Shown in pieces: positions 10,571-19,520 of a stretch of 64,000 bases of DNA. A program made the position numbers and the translations under genes. A model generated the notes under the pieces. It searched no databases and was not told the origin of the DNA. It saw nothing but the letters and a program-made list of their open reading frames with translations. Numbering within the stretch: position 1 is the stretch's first letter; every line of letters starts with the position of its first letter. Source of the DNA: an uncultured Candidatus Saccharibacteria bacterium (lineage in GTDB: Bacteria > Patescibacteriota > Minisyncoccia > Phycocordibacterales > UBA9973); assembly GCA_964456475.1 (NCBI GenBank), contig CAYVZI010000006.1, positions 7,074 to 71,073 on the forward strand, read 5' to 3'.

Positions 10571-11212
10571 CTAACTCTGTTTACTCTTGTTTTCATCAGC
10601 CTTTTTATTAAACCTTTCTATTACATCACGAACAACATCTTCAGAGAACAAAGAACGCATATCCACTATATATCTATAGTCCTCTTTAATATACTCAGTT
10701 CCCTTATAGTTTTCTATATAAACTTCGACTCTCTCTCTTAGTAATTTTTTAATAACGCTCTCTGGCGCCGAAAAGAATCGCTGCTCATCCAAATATTTTT
10801 CTTCTTGAATAAGAGCATCTTCAGATAAAATCGTCGGATCTGTAACCCTTAATTCTATACCTCCAGGAATTCTATAAACTGGGATAACTTCGAAGCGCTC
10901 TACTTTCTTTATATTCAAAGTAAATTTCGGACGTTTGTGTCTTTTTAACATCGAGTAAGTTAGTGTCCAATTATCCCCATCCCATGCTCCATGCTTTTCT
11001 ACAAGATCCTTAAGTATTGGCTCAAGTTTCCAAAAATCCTCTTCCTGAACATAAATGTCTATATCTTGATTCTCTCTTATATATTTTCCATTTATCCCGG
11101 CTACTCCAACACCTCCAAATACCCAGTATTTGATTCCAGCATTAGAGATTGCGGGCAACACGTCTTCAAAAACCGGCCCTAAATGTTCATTGATTTTTTG
11201 TGTAGTTTCCAT
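10571..11212 (-). CDS. Pol-beta-superfamily nucleotidyltransferase (ANT(2'')/LicD-like)
   Basis: YWVFGGVGV...RENQDIDIYV matches the hGG...DxD nucleotidyltransferase signature. Confidence 0.7.
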   Translation of the reverse strand: METTQKINEHLGPVFEDVLPAISNAGIKYWVFGGVGVAGINGKYIRENQDIDIYVQEEDFWKLEPILKDLVEKHGAWDGDNWTLTYSMLKRHKRPKFTLNIKKVERFEVIPVYRIPGGIELRVTDPTILSEDALIQEEKYLDEQRFFSAPESVIKKLLRERVEVYIENYKGTEYIKEDYRYIVDMRSLFSEDVVRDVIERFNKKADENKSKQS

Positions 11213-11275
11213 TTTCTGAATAGTGATTTATTTCAAAAATAATACTTCTTAATAACTTAATTATACCAAACTTAC

Positions 11276-11306
11276 AAGCTGTGCAGTTTGGGACAAAGTT
11301 AGAATT
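11276..11306 (+). repeat. direct repeat A, copy 3 (more degenerate)
   Basis: aagctgtgcagtttgggacaaagttagaatt keeps aagctg, tgggac and gtt-gaa, with a 1-nt insertion. Confidence 0.55.
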
Positions 11307-11394
11307 TTATTTAGCCTATAATCATGTTCTCTTGGTAGCTTTATGCACCTCTGGTATCCCAAAGAATTAATTAAGGTTTCTTCATTTTAATCAG

Positions 11395-13338
11395 TTAAAC
11401 TTTTTCTTTCGCTGCAAGAACTTTTAATGTTTCGTTGACCTTATTAATATACGTATAATAGGTATCAGCTATATTTTCTATCGTCAAATTTGTGAGCAAA
11501 GCATCTTTTAATTCACCAATAAGTGCTTCCCCCTCAATCTGAGTAATTGAATTTCTTTTATACCAACCTCGGACGCTTTCAATACGGCCTTTTGCATCAT
11601 TAATATCAGCAGCTAAAAATTCTGGTTTTGAATTTTTATCAGTTGTATTTTTCAATTGTTGCAAGAAATAATTTTCTTCAAAGAAGTCTTCCGCTGTATA
11701 TACAGCGTTGAAACTAGGGTCGAAATCGTGATAGGTGTACCAAAAACCATAGCCTTTATTATTTTCATACTCACGTTTTTTGTCTTTAGCAATGGCATCC
11801 GCATCACTTAATATTAAGCAATTACGATTTCCTGCTTCAAACGCTGGTGTGATGTTTTGTATATGCTTAACACCCTGAGAATGACAGAATCCAAATTTTT
11901 CCAATTCTTTAAAAACTTTCTTTCTTGTAGGAAGAGTTGTTTTAGAGGCTCGAAAAAATAAATCTTTATCTCTCCATCCTTCGAATATAAGATTCCATTC
12001 TTTTAGATTTGAAAATATGGAGTAACCCAGAGATTTATATATAACCTCTTCATCTTGAATGTTTGAATCTCCCACTACTTCAAGTTTTGTAATTTCTTTT
12101 TTCTTTTTCACCAAGTAGTGTCGTGCTATAACTTTCTCGTCGATCATAAAAATCGAATGAGTAGAAAAGAGGACAACATTTGTTTGAGAAATTTTTAAAA
12201 GTTCGTCTCTCAAAAACCTTACTCCTGTTGGATGTAAACTTATCTCCGGTTCATCAATGATCAAAACGGAATTTTGTAGTGTGTTTATGTTGCTTTGAGT
12301 AGAGATAAGAAGCAAAAAAGTAATAAATCTCTTGAATCCGTCACTTCTTTGATTTAATTCATAATTATTGTCGGAATCTTTTACCGTAGCAACTATATCA
12401 GAACCGTCGGTTTTTAATTCAAAAGAAACTTCGGGATACTCCTCCCAAACTTGTTTGAAATACTCAGTATTTTTATCAGCAACCTTTCTGAGAAAATTTG
12501 ATAATCGAGTTTGAGAAATCCCCTTTGCTGTATTAACTTCATTAGCGATTCGTGCATTTTCTATGCCGGCAAGATTAAACATTCTTGCTAAAGGAATACA
12601 GGTTGTGGGGTCACTTATAAAACCATCCAAAGGTATTCTAGAAGGTAGTAAGTAAGATTCGTTGTACTCCCAATATATAACATCAGGTAACCACTCCTCT
12701 ACTTTTTCAATGTGAATATTCCCCAGCGTTTCTTGAATATCCGAGAGATCTTTAACATCCACTAAATAAGCTGGGTCAATAGGATTAAATTCATCTAAAT
12801 TAACAAATTGGTAGCCTGAAAGCTTAAACGTCTCCCCTGACTTCGAGACTACTTCATAGTCTCCGGGGCAAGTATCAGAAACTTTTTTCAAGTTATTTAA
12901 AACTTTGTATTCTTTTCCTAGAACAAAATAGCGTGCACTTCTTTTTTGTGTAAGTAAATCAATATGATAGACCGCCTCAATCCTTGTTTTACAAAAATCT
13001 TCAATATTCAGCCCCTTACCGTTGTGAGAAATAACAGGAACATCCTTTATAAAAAGAAAATTTTCTTTAAAGTCTGCCACAATCTCATCTAAGTCTCCCT
13101 TCTCAAAAGAAAAAATGAATTTTACGTAAGCGACACTAGGAACATCTTCGCTAGATAATACTTCTCGAACATATTTTTTTTCAACTTTCTGCGTTGCGTC
13201 TAGAAGTTTTACAGCTTTTAAAATATTACTCTTACCAGACTCATTTATTCCCACTAAAACACGACAGGTAGGATTAAATTCAACCGCCGCATCTTTTATA
13301 GATAAAAAATTCTTAATTTCGGCTTTTTTAAGCTTCAT
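11395..13338 (-). CDS. OLD-family ATP-dependent nuclease (ABC ATPase plus TOPRIM), candidate defence gene
   Basis: Walker A GINESGKSN, signature RSDG, Walker B IIDEPEISLHP, H-loop STHS, TOPRIM IFEGWRD and SDAD. AT-rich. Confidence 0.8.
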   Translation of the reverse strand: MKLKKAEIKNFLSIKDAAVEFNPTCRVLVGINESGKSNILKAVKLLDATQKVEKKYVREVLSSEDVPSVAYVKFIFSFEKGDLDEIVADFKENFLFIKDVPVISHNGKGLNIEDFCKTRIEAVYHIDLLTQKRSARYFVLGKEYKVLNNLKKVSDTCPGDYEVVSKSGETFKLSGYQFVNLDEFNPIDPAYLVDVKDLSDIQETLGNIHIEKVEEWLPDVIYWEYNESYLLPSRIPLDGFISDPTTCIPLARMFNLAGIENARIANEVNTAKGISQTRLSNFLRKVADKNTEYFKQVWEEYPEVSFELKTDGSDIVATVKDSDNNYELNQRSDGFKRFITFLLLISTQSNINTLQNSVLIIDEPEISLHPTGVRFLRDELLKISQTNVVLFSTHSIFMIDEKVIARHYLVKKKKEITKLEVVGDSNIQDEEVIYKSLGYSIFSNLKEWNLIFEGWRDKDLFFRASKTTLPTRKKVFKELEKFGFCHSQGVKHIQNITPAFEAGNRNCLILSDADAIAKDKKREYENNKGYGFWYTYHDFDPSFNAVYTAEDFFEENYFLQQLKNTTDKNSKPEFLAADINDAKGRIESVRGWYKRNSITQIEGEALIGELKDALLTNLTIENIADTYYTYINKVNETLKVLAAKEKV

Positions 13339-13520
13339 GCTGTTAAAAGTAGCATTTATTGATGAGGGTGTCTACAGCATCCAAAGGATCAATTTTGATC
13401 AAAAAAGTTAAAATATTTCTATAGGAAAAATGGGGTCAGGTACCATTCTTGAATTCGAACTTGATTGACACTCTAGCACCCCAAGCTTACTCCTCCCCTC
13501 CCAAAACGCAAATCCCAAAC

Positions 13521-13554
13521 CCAAACGGCTCATTTCCGCCCATTTGAGCCGTTT
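13521..13554 (+). repeat. hairpin repeat B, copy 2
   Basis: ccaaacggctcatttccgcccatttgagccgttt. Confidence 0.85.
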
Positions 13555-13560
13555 GACTAC

Positions 13561-13651
13561 TTGACAATATATGAAAATGTTATAAGGTTTGCAAAAGACT
13601 AAATAAACAGCAAAGCGTCTAAGGAATTGGATTTTTTGCTGTTTATTTAGT
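13561..13651 (+). promoter_or_regulatory. sigma70-type promoter followed by a 17-bp leader stem-loop
   Basis: TTGACA at 13561 and TGtTATAAG at 13578-13586. Perfect inverted repeat 13598-13614/13635-13651. Confidence 0.55.
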
Positions 13652-13680
13652 TTTCACCATTTAAAAAATAATGTTAATTT

Positions 13681-14394
13681 ATGGGCAAATTGATCCGCAC
13701 CCAGGTCGTTTACGAACACAAGCCTGGTAACTTAAAACAGTCGGTTAAGCTTCGGCTCCCAATCATCATTCACTCCAGCAAAGCTGGCCCTGTAATTATT
13801 ATCAATTATCCGGGGTACAACGGAGACATTGATGGGTACAACATGAAGTACGCTGTTATGGCAACGCGCATGAGCGAACAAATTGGCACCGTGATCCGTA
13901 TTGGTAATCACCATCATTCAAACACCAATTACCAGGAAACAGTGCAGGATGATCTGCGTGCAATCGTTACGCATGCCTTAGAAAACGCAAAAGAGATATG
14001 CGGACACGAAAATCCTCATATTTACATAACTGCATTTTCTGCTGGTGCTTCTGCTGCCGCAGCTATCGCTCATGAGTTTCCTCAGGTAACAAAACTCCTG
14101 CTCATATCCCCCTCATTTGATGCGGGAGAAAGTGCAATACGGAGCGGCCTTGAAAAATACACCGGCGAAATACATATCCTGGCAGGAGCAAATGATGATG
14201 TTGTAGGACCAGAAGTAGCACCGCTTATGAATGGGATGGTAAAGCTAACTGCTTCACAAATGGTAATACTTCCAAAATGCGACCATCAGTTGCGTGGACG
14301 CACTAACGGATTGTATTTAAGCAACGCACCAGGCTGGGCGTTCTTAGGAAAGAAATTCCCCACTACCGACGACGGCATTGTGCTGTACGAGTAG
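13681..14394 (+). CDS. alpha/beta-hydrolase fold protein
   Basis: Nucleophile elbow AFSAGA, GANDDVV (Asp), CDH (His). Confidence 0.65.
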   Translation: MGKLIRTQVVYEHKPGNLKQSVKLRLPIIIHSSKAGPVIIINYPGYNGDIDGYNMKYAVMATRMSEQIGTVIRIGNHHHSNTNYQETVQDDLRAIVTHALENAKEICGHENPHIYITAFSAGASAAAAIAHEFPQVTKLLLISPSFDAGESAIRSGLEKYTGEIHILAGANDDVVGPEVAPLMNGMVKLTASQMVILPKCDHQLRGRTNGLYLSNAPGWAFLGKKFPTTDDGIVLYE

Positions 14395-14421
14395 TAAACA
14401 CTGTTTGCAAAAAAAATTCAC

Positions 14422-14454
14422 GAGCCAAGAAATGGTTTTACCATTTCTTGGCTC
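14422..14454. terminator. stem-loop between convergent genes
   Basis: gagccaagaaatggt-ttt-accatttcttggctc. Confidence 0.65.
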
Positions 14455-14466
14455 ATTTTATTTCTA

Positions 14467-15090
14467 CTAAATCTTAGTATACAAAACCCCTTTCCCCGTC
14501 TTGCCCGTTTGTTTAATTTTCCCCTCCTTCTCAAGAATCGAAAGATACCGCGTCGCTGTCGCGTCAGACACATGCAACAGTTTCTCAACGTCATCATTCG
14601 TCACGCTTGTTCGCTTCGCAAACAAACCCATAACTTTATCCAGCTTTTTCCTTTTCCTAAATTGAATTACACTTTGCGCCTTCACCAAAAGTTCCCTCAT
14701 CCCACTGCGCGGAGCAACTTGAACCGACGGAGGCACCGTGCCCGATTCTACTTTTGCAGAATTTGGGGAAGCCTCCGTCGGCTTCTGCAATTCTGGTTTT
14801 ACGGTCTCAGCAATCGACTCAGCCACAGGTGATAACGGCTCATTTCCGCCCACTGGGCCCGATCCCACTTCAGTGGGATTTAGGGTTTGAGCCGTTGTAC
14901 CCGATTCTACTTCTGCAGAATTTAAGGTTGGTTCCGGTACGGCTTCTACAGGAGCTGGAGTTGGTTCGATTGGAGCTTCTACAGGAGCAGGAGTCTCCAC
15001 CACAGGAGTCACAGTCTCGTCAGCAACAACAGGCTCAACTGGAGTCTCAATTGGAACCGTTTCTACAATAGGAGTTACCTCATCCGCCAT
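14467..15090 (-). CDS. Pro/Glu-rich low-complexity protein with a C-terminal winged HTH (DeoR-like)
   Basis: TNDDVEKLLHVSDATATRYLSILEKEGKI. Start placed at MADEVT. Confidence 0.7.
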   Translation of the reverse strand: MADEVTPIVETVPIETPVEPVVADETVTPVVETPAPVEAPIEPTPAPVEAVPEPTLNSAEVESGTTAQTLNPTEVGSGPVGGNEPLSPVAESIAETVKPELQKPTEASPNSAKVESGTVPPSVQVAPRSGMRELLVKAQSVIQFRKRKKLDKVMGLFAKRTSVTNDDVEKLLHVSDATATRYLSILEKEGKIKQTGKTGKGVLYTKI

Positions 15091-15226
15091 ATGCAAATAG
15101 TATATCAAAAAGGCTTATATTTGGTCTTTTTAACGGTACTTGACTTTAGTACTTAAAAGTAGTATAATATATAAGAAGATTGTTAACTCTGTGCTTACAA
15201 ACCAAGGGCACATTAAAAATTGAATT

Positions 15227-15775
15227 ATGAAGAAAATACTTTTTATTGCCTCGATTGTAGCTTCGGCTCTCGGGATGACATCATGCAACAACGATGAAAT
15301 CAAAAACGTAGGGCGCCCTTCCCCGATGCCATTCAATCATGGAATTGAACAGGCCGCACCAAAACCTGAACCACCGAAAGATACTATCCTCCGCAACGTA
15401 CCGCTCACAGAGCAGCAATTCAGGCGGATAGCCAACTACATCGAAAAACATGGTTTCGTCGTCGACCTTGGCCCAAATCGAATTAAATGTGGCCACCAGG
15501 TGACATTTTTTGATAAGGCAGGCAATCGCCACGCTATGATCTCCTGCAGAACAGGTGCAGATGGGCATCCGGCCATGAAAGGTACAGTGACTTCAATAAG
15601 TGTTTGGGCCTATTACGATGGGAAAAAAGACCAGGAACATTTCTTTGGTTATGATATCCGTCCTTCTGGAGCCAAAACATTTATTACTGAGGATGACTAC
15701 ATGGCCAAGCATATGAAAGCTGTGCAAAAAGGCGTTAATGATTTTTTGAACAAAGTCGAAAAATCCAAGAGCTGA
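15227..15775 (+). CDS. hypothetical lipoprotein
   Basis: MKK, hydrophobic stretch and a lipobox-like MTSC. Confidence 0.6.
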   Translation: MKKILFIASIVASALGMTSCNNDEIKNVGRPSPMPFNHGIEQAAPKPEPPKDTILRNVPLTEQQFRRIANYIEKHGFVVDLGPNRIKCGHQVTFFDKAGNRHAMISCRTGADGHPAMKGTVTSISVWAYYDGKKDQEHFFGYDIRPSGAKTFITEDDYMAKHMKAVQKGVNDFLNKVEKSKS

Positions 15776-15834
15776 TTAATTTCGGCAAAAAATTACAGAC
15801 GTGTTGATTGGAATTTTCCAATCAACACGTTTTT

Positions 15835-16149
15835 TTATTTCCCCTTCCCTGTCTCGATCACAATCGAAAACACAATTTTTTTCTTTGCAACGATATGTTC
15901 CTTCTTTCTTACTTCTGCCTTAAGCGGCAACAGATACGTTTCAGATTTTTTGTCTGGAAAAATCGAAGTATTCCAAGTTGTCTTGCCGAGCGTTACCGTT
16001 ACCGGAATAGATCCCCAACCCTTTTTGAGAGTGGCATACTTTTCTCGTATCTCTTTGGATTTTTTCTTATCAACATAGGCAAAATGCCATCCAGACATTC
16101 CCGGATACAGCACCACTTCTGATTTTATTGAGTACACACCTTTTTTCAT
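15835..16149 (-). CDS. DUF1905-family protein
   Basis: GWGSIPVTVTLG...WNTSIFP...YLLPLKAEVRKKE. Confidence 0.75.
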   Translation of the reverse strand: MKKGVYSIKSEVVLYPGMSGWHFAYVDKKKSKEIREKYATLKKGWGSIPVTVTLGKTTWNTSIFPDKKSETYLLPLKAEVRKKEHIVAKKKIVFSIVIETGKGK

Positions 16150-16173
16150 TACAGTCTTTAGGGTCTGTAAAGG

Positions 16174-16596
16174 TTATCTCCAAACTGCCACAATCGCTCC
16201 CATTGCCCCCATCGCAATAAGCAACCATCCTGATTCATATAGCCACAAGCCTGTCTTGCGTCCCATCCAAATCACTTCGATTGCTGAAGAAGTTACAAGG
16301 AAGAAAATCCATACAAACACTCCACAAAGCACACCTCCCCACACGCCCGAAATATTCACCGCTGATGAAGAGGATACAATTGTGAACATAACTGAGAGAC
16401 CGAGTGCTGTGACAAAATTGGTAAAGAGATTCCCAATCATCTGAGGAACCATGTCAGAAAGTTTTTCATTGCCAGTCGGTACAACATTAGCAAGCTTCAT
16501 CCAAAGCTTGCCGCCAATCGGACCATGGAACAAAAATCCAATAATAAACGCCACCACTGCTGCCACAAGCACCGCTATAAAATTGATTGAAATCAT
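16174..16596 (-). CDS. DUF1761-family membrane protein
   Basis: INFIAVLVAAVVAFIIGFL...GKLWMKL; four predicted TM segments. Confidence 0.7.
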   Translation of the reverse strand: MISINFIAVLVAAVVAFIIGFLFHGPIGGKLWMKLANVVPTGNEKLSDMVPQMIGNLFTNFVTALGLSVMFTIVSSSSAVNISGVWGGVLCGVFVWIFFLVTSSAIEVIWMGRKTGLWLYESGWLLIAMGAMGAIVAVWR

Positions 16597-16727
16597 ATTG
16601 TTTTATTAGAATTCACACAAATGAAATGCACCAAATACGTGGATTCTAACTCTTACTAAATTTATAATTATGATATTGAGTGTACCATTTGGAATGAAAT
16701 AATTGAATGACCAATCACGTCAGCAGA

Positions 16728-16830
16728 TTGACTTATTTGCCAAAAAATTGTATTTTAAACACAACATCTTTAACAAATTTTAATGATGACCACAGCGAGT
16801 ACTGCTCTCTCCCTGCGGTCATCATTAAAA
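16728..16830 (+). promoter_or_regulatory. promoter plus 14-bp leader stem-loop
   Basis: TTGACT(16728)-17 nt-TATTTT(16751). Inverted repeat ttttaatgatgacc/ggtcatcattaaaa at 16778-16830. Confidence 0.5.
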
Positions 16831-16838
16831 GTAAACAT

Positions 16839-17549
16839 ATGAACCTGGCACAATCTCATCGTGACAAAATCGGTGGGGCCCTGAACTTCCTCAAAAGAAG
16901 TAACGAGATTACATCATTCGAAATTGTAGATGATCCACATGATGATTTTTTTATCACATGTACAATTGTATTTACGTATAAACACAAGAAACTAGACGTG
17001 ACCGTGCTTATAGACTTACTGTCGTATGAAACAAGACGGCTCGGCAACATATTTTTTTGCAATCTTATTGAAAGACGCAAAAAAGGTGAGGAAGCAGAGC
17101 TCCGGATGTTTGCGATTCTACGCAGACTCATACAAAATCGAAAATTTGGGATCTGTAGTGTTTTCCGTGCGAGTGAATACCTAGACAACAAAATGAAGGC
17201 CGACTTAGTCTTCTTTGTTGATTGCAGTATTCCCCTCTTTGAGCCTTCGACGAAAGTGGAGCGTCTGATGATATATCTTCAAATAAAGTCTTCTGTAGAA
17301 AAGCAAGACATTCATAAAGTGAGATATCCAAACATTCCCTCTATCGTCATCAACCATGAAATAACAGATAGTACAATCATACAAGCAGTCAAAGAAATAA
17401 TTGAGACGATGTATATCATTTCCAAAGTAGAACCAGCAAAAGAGCTCGTCACACTTTCACTGAAGGATACTGGAAACTATGGGAAATCGACAGATCTACG
17501 ATACCTGAAAAGCGTACTCCAAAGCATGTATCAAAAAATTCACAAATAA
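16839..17549 (+). CDS. hypothetical protein, possible PD-(D/E)XK nuclease fold
   Basis: GEEAE...KADLVF...LQIKSS spacing resembles E...D...(Q/E)xK. Start placed at ATG 16839, downstream of the promoter. Confidence 0.45.
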   Translation: MNLAQSHRDKIGGALNFLKRSNEITSFEIVDDPHDDFFITCTIVFTYKHKKLDVTVLIDLLSYETRRLGNIFFCNLIERRKKGEEAELRMFAILRRLIQNRKFGICSVFRASEYLDNKMKADLVFFVDCSIPLFEPSTKVERLMIYLQIKSSVEKQDIHKVRYPNIPSIVINHEITDSTIIQAVKEIIETMYIISKVEPAKELVTLSLKDTGNYGKSTDLRYLKSVLQSMYQKIHK

Positions 17550-17587
17550 AACTCGGACACAATCCGGGTTTTTTTATTGCCACTATT

Positions 17588-17622
17588 ACAAAGACCGCAC
17601 GGCATAGCCGTGCGGTCTTTGT
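17588..17622. terminator. 16-bp stem-loop between convergent genes
   Basis: acaaagaccgcacggc-ata-gccgtgcggtctttgt. Confidence 0.7.
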
Positions 17623-17673
17623 GTTGGCGTATTAGTATTATCTACTTTCTACTACCTATTTTCTACTTTCTAA

Positions 17674-17931
17674 CTAGCTAAGGTGTACTGAAACGAGCTT
17701 TGTCATTTCAAACATTGTAACCTCTTTCTTTCCACCGAAAACTGGGAGGAGTTTGTCGTCAGCGATAATGTTACGCTTGTTCTTTGGATTCTGAAGATCG
17801 TGCTTCTTAATGTAAACCCAGATAGCCTTAACGACTTCTGAACGAGGCATTGGGCCTTTTCCAACGACTGCTTCGAGTTCTGCACTCAAAGTCATTGGCT
17901 TCATGAACGCTGATGTTTTTTTCTCTGCCAT
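17674..17931 (-). CDS. stand-alone SWIB/MDM2-domain protein
   Basis: LSAELEAVVG...PRSEVVKAIWVYIKKHDLQNPKNKRNIIADDKL. Confidence 0.9.
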   Translation of the reverse strand: MAEKKTSAFMKPMTLSAELEAVVGKGPMPRSEVVKAIWVYIKKHDLQNPKNKRNIIADDKLLPVFGGKKEVTMFEMTKLVSVHLS

Positions 17932-18099
17932 ATATTTTACGATTTGGTAAGGCCTTCACATACAAAGACCCTCTCTAATTAATAAATACGTATATATTCT
18001 ATTATATACCATAGAACCCGAATATGCCTATACCCCAGAGTGTACTATTGCCATAAGTCGTTCTGTGTCGTATAGTCAGTCCAAATAAAACCCTTTAAT

Positions 18100-18666
18100 A
18101 TGTCTATAATATTGATTCCCACAGATTGGAACGGCGCGTTCAAAGGAGAAGATCTTGCAAAGGTCAGAACTGACGCACGGAGGTACACCAACAATTTTGA
18201 CACAAAGAAAAAAGTCGTAGTTGTCACCGGATTTGAAAAAATGACTGAAACTGCAAAAATGATTATCAATAATGCAGTAGCAAAAGCAGAGTTCAAACAA
18301 TCAAGTGCATTCGATGCCCTCAAAAACGTTCCGGAACATCTCTTTAAGGACAAAGTATTCCGAAGTGACAAAGCAGAACTCACCGAAGGGATCCCTTTCT
18401 CCCCAGATAGAATTGAGAAGGAATACCAAAAAATAATAACATTGTACTCTAATTGTTGGGTAATAGTCATCAGCCACCCACTTACGACCGAGACTATTCT
18501 TCTCGAATACGTAAAAATGCACGCCATAGAAACCAAAGCTATTCCCAACTATGTCGCAATGCCGGGAGACACAATATTTCTAGGCAAAGAAAAAATTCTC
18601 GATAAGAAAAGATACGGAGGAAGAATAATTCCCCATTCACGGTTCAGAAACGATCATATTGATTAA
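18100..18666 (+). CDS. hypothetical protein
   Basis: 188-aa ORF followed by a terminator-like hairpin; no confident motif. Confidence 0.55.
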   Translation: MSIILIPTDWNGAFKGEDLAKVRTDARRYTNNFDTKKKVVVVTGFEKMTETAKMIINNAVAKAEFKQSSAFDALKNVPEHLFKDKVFRSDKAELTEGIPFSPDRIEKEYQKIITLYSNCWVIVISHPLTTETILLEYVKMHAIETKAIPNYVAMPGDTIFLGKEKILDKKRYGGRIIPHSRFRNDHID

Positions 18667-18745
18667 CACAAAAAAGCAGCGACTTAGTCGCTGTTTTTCT
18701 TATTCTCATTTACCCTAAGCCAGTTTACTGGCCGGGCGATCAAAA

Positions 18746-19432
18746 TTACAATTTTGATTTAGCCTTCCACTCATCTATCTTCTTTGGATCACCAGAGAGA
18801 AGGACTGGCGGAACTTTATATTTTTTATTTTTGTATTCCAAAATTTCCGGTCGAGTATAAAATTCGCTTGATGAGACGCGCTCTTCTTCGAGTGAGTCAA
18901 ATTTGCCGAGCACACCAGGAATCTGACGCGAGATTGAATCGATCAACACCATAGCCGGCAATTCCCCACCCGTGAGCACATAGTCTCCGATTGAGATATC
19001 CTCTGCTTTCAAAATCTTCGCCACACGCGCATCAATCCCTTCATAGCGCCCACAGAGCATAATAATATCGGTGTATTTCTTGGCTGAAGTCTTAGCGTAT
19101 GCAGTCGTGAATTTTTCCCCACTTGGGCTAAAACTAATTATTTTTGTCTTTGTATTCTTTCGTTTGGCAATTTTCTTCACAACGCTTTCAACCGCCTTGA
19201 GCACAGGCTCTGCACGAATAATCATTCCTGGTCCGCCACCATACGGTTTGTCGTCGACAATGCGAGACACGTTCCCATCCGGCCAGACTTTCTTGAATTT
19301 ACCCGATACAAAATTGCGCGGGTTCGTAAACGTCACCTGAATCCGCTTTTCCTTGATCGCCCGCCCAATAATAGACTCCTTGAGATAGGAATCGAAACTT
19401 TCAGGAAATAATGTAATGATATGAAATCGCAT
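18746..19432 (-). CDS. trmD: tRNA (guanine-N1)-methyltransferase
   Basis: VDDKPYGGGPGM, CGRYEGID, SIGDYVLTGGELPA. Confidence 0.97.
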   Translation of the reverse strand: MRFHIITLFPESFDSYLKESIIGRAIKEKRIQVTFTNPRNFVSGKFKKVWPDGNVSRIVDDKPYGGGPGMIIRAEPVLKAVESVVKKIAKRKNTKTKIISFSPSGEKFTTAYAKTSAKKYTDIIMLCGRYEGIDARVAKILKAEDISIGDYVLTGGELPAMVLIDSISRQIPGVLGKFDSLEEERVSSSEFYTRPEILEYKNKKYKVPPVLLSGDPKKIDEWKAKSKL

Positions 19433-19446
19433 GAAATTTTTGTATT

Positions 19447-19515
19447 GTCATGCCGGACTACGATCCGGCATCCATTATGAATTTTTCGTGGATCCCGGAT
19501 CAAGTCCAGGATGAC
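19447..19515. repeat. inverted REP-like doublet (GTCAT family)
   Basis: gtcatgccggactacgatccggcatcca ... tggatcccggatcaagtccaggatgac. Confidence 0.8.
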
Positions 19516-19520
19516 ACAGT

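Noticed and set aside
9588-11306. Integron attC sites
   Set aside because: No inverted R''/R' boxes or internal palindrome and no integron integrase; kept only as att-like direct repeats.
13429-13460. aatggggtcaggtaccatt...ttcgaac as a tRNA fragment or transposon end
   Set aside because: No cloverleaf and no partner end found; too short to support.
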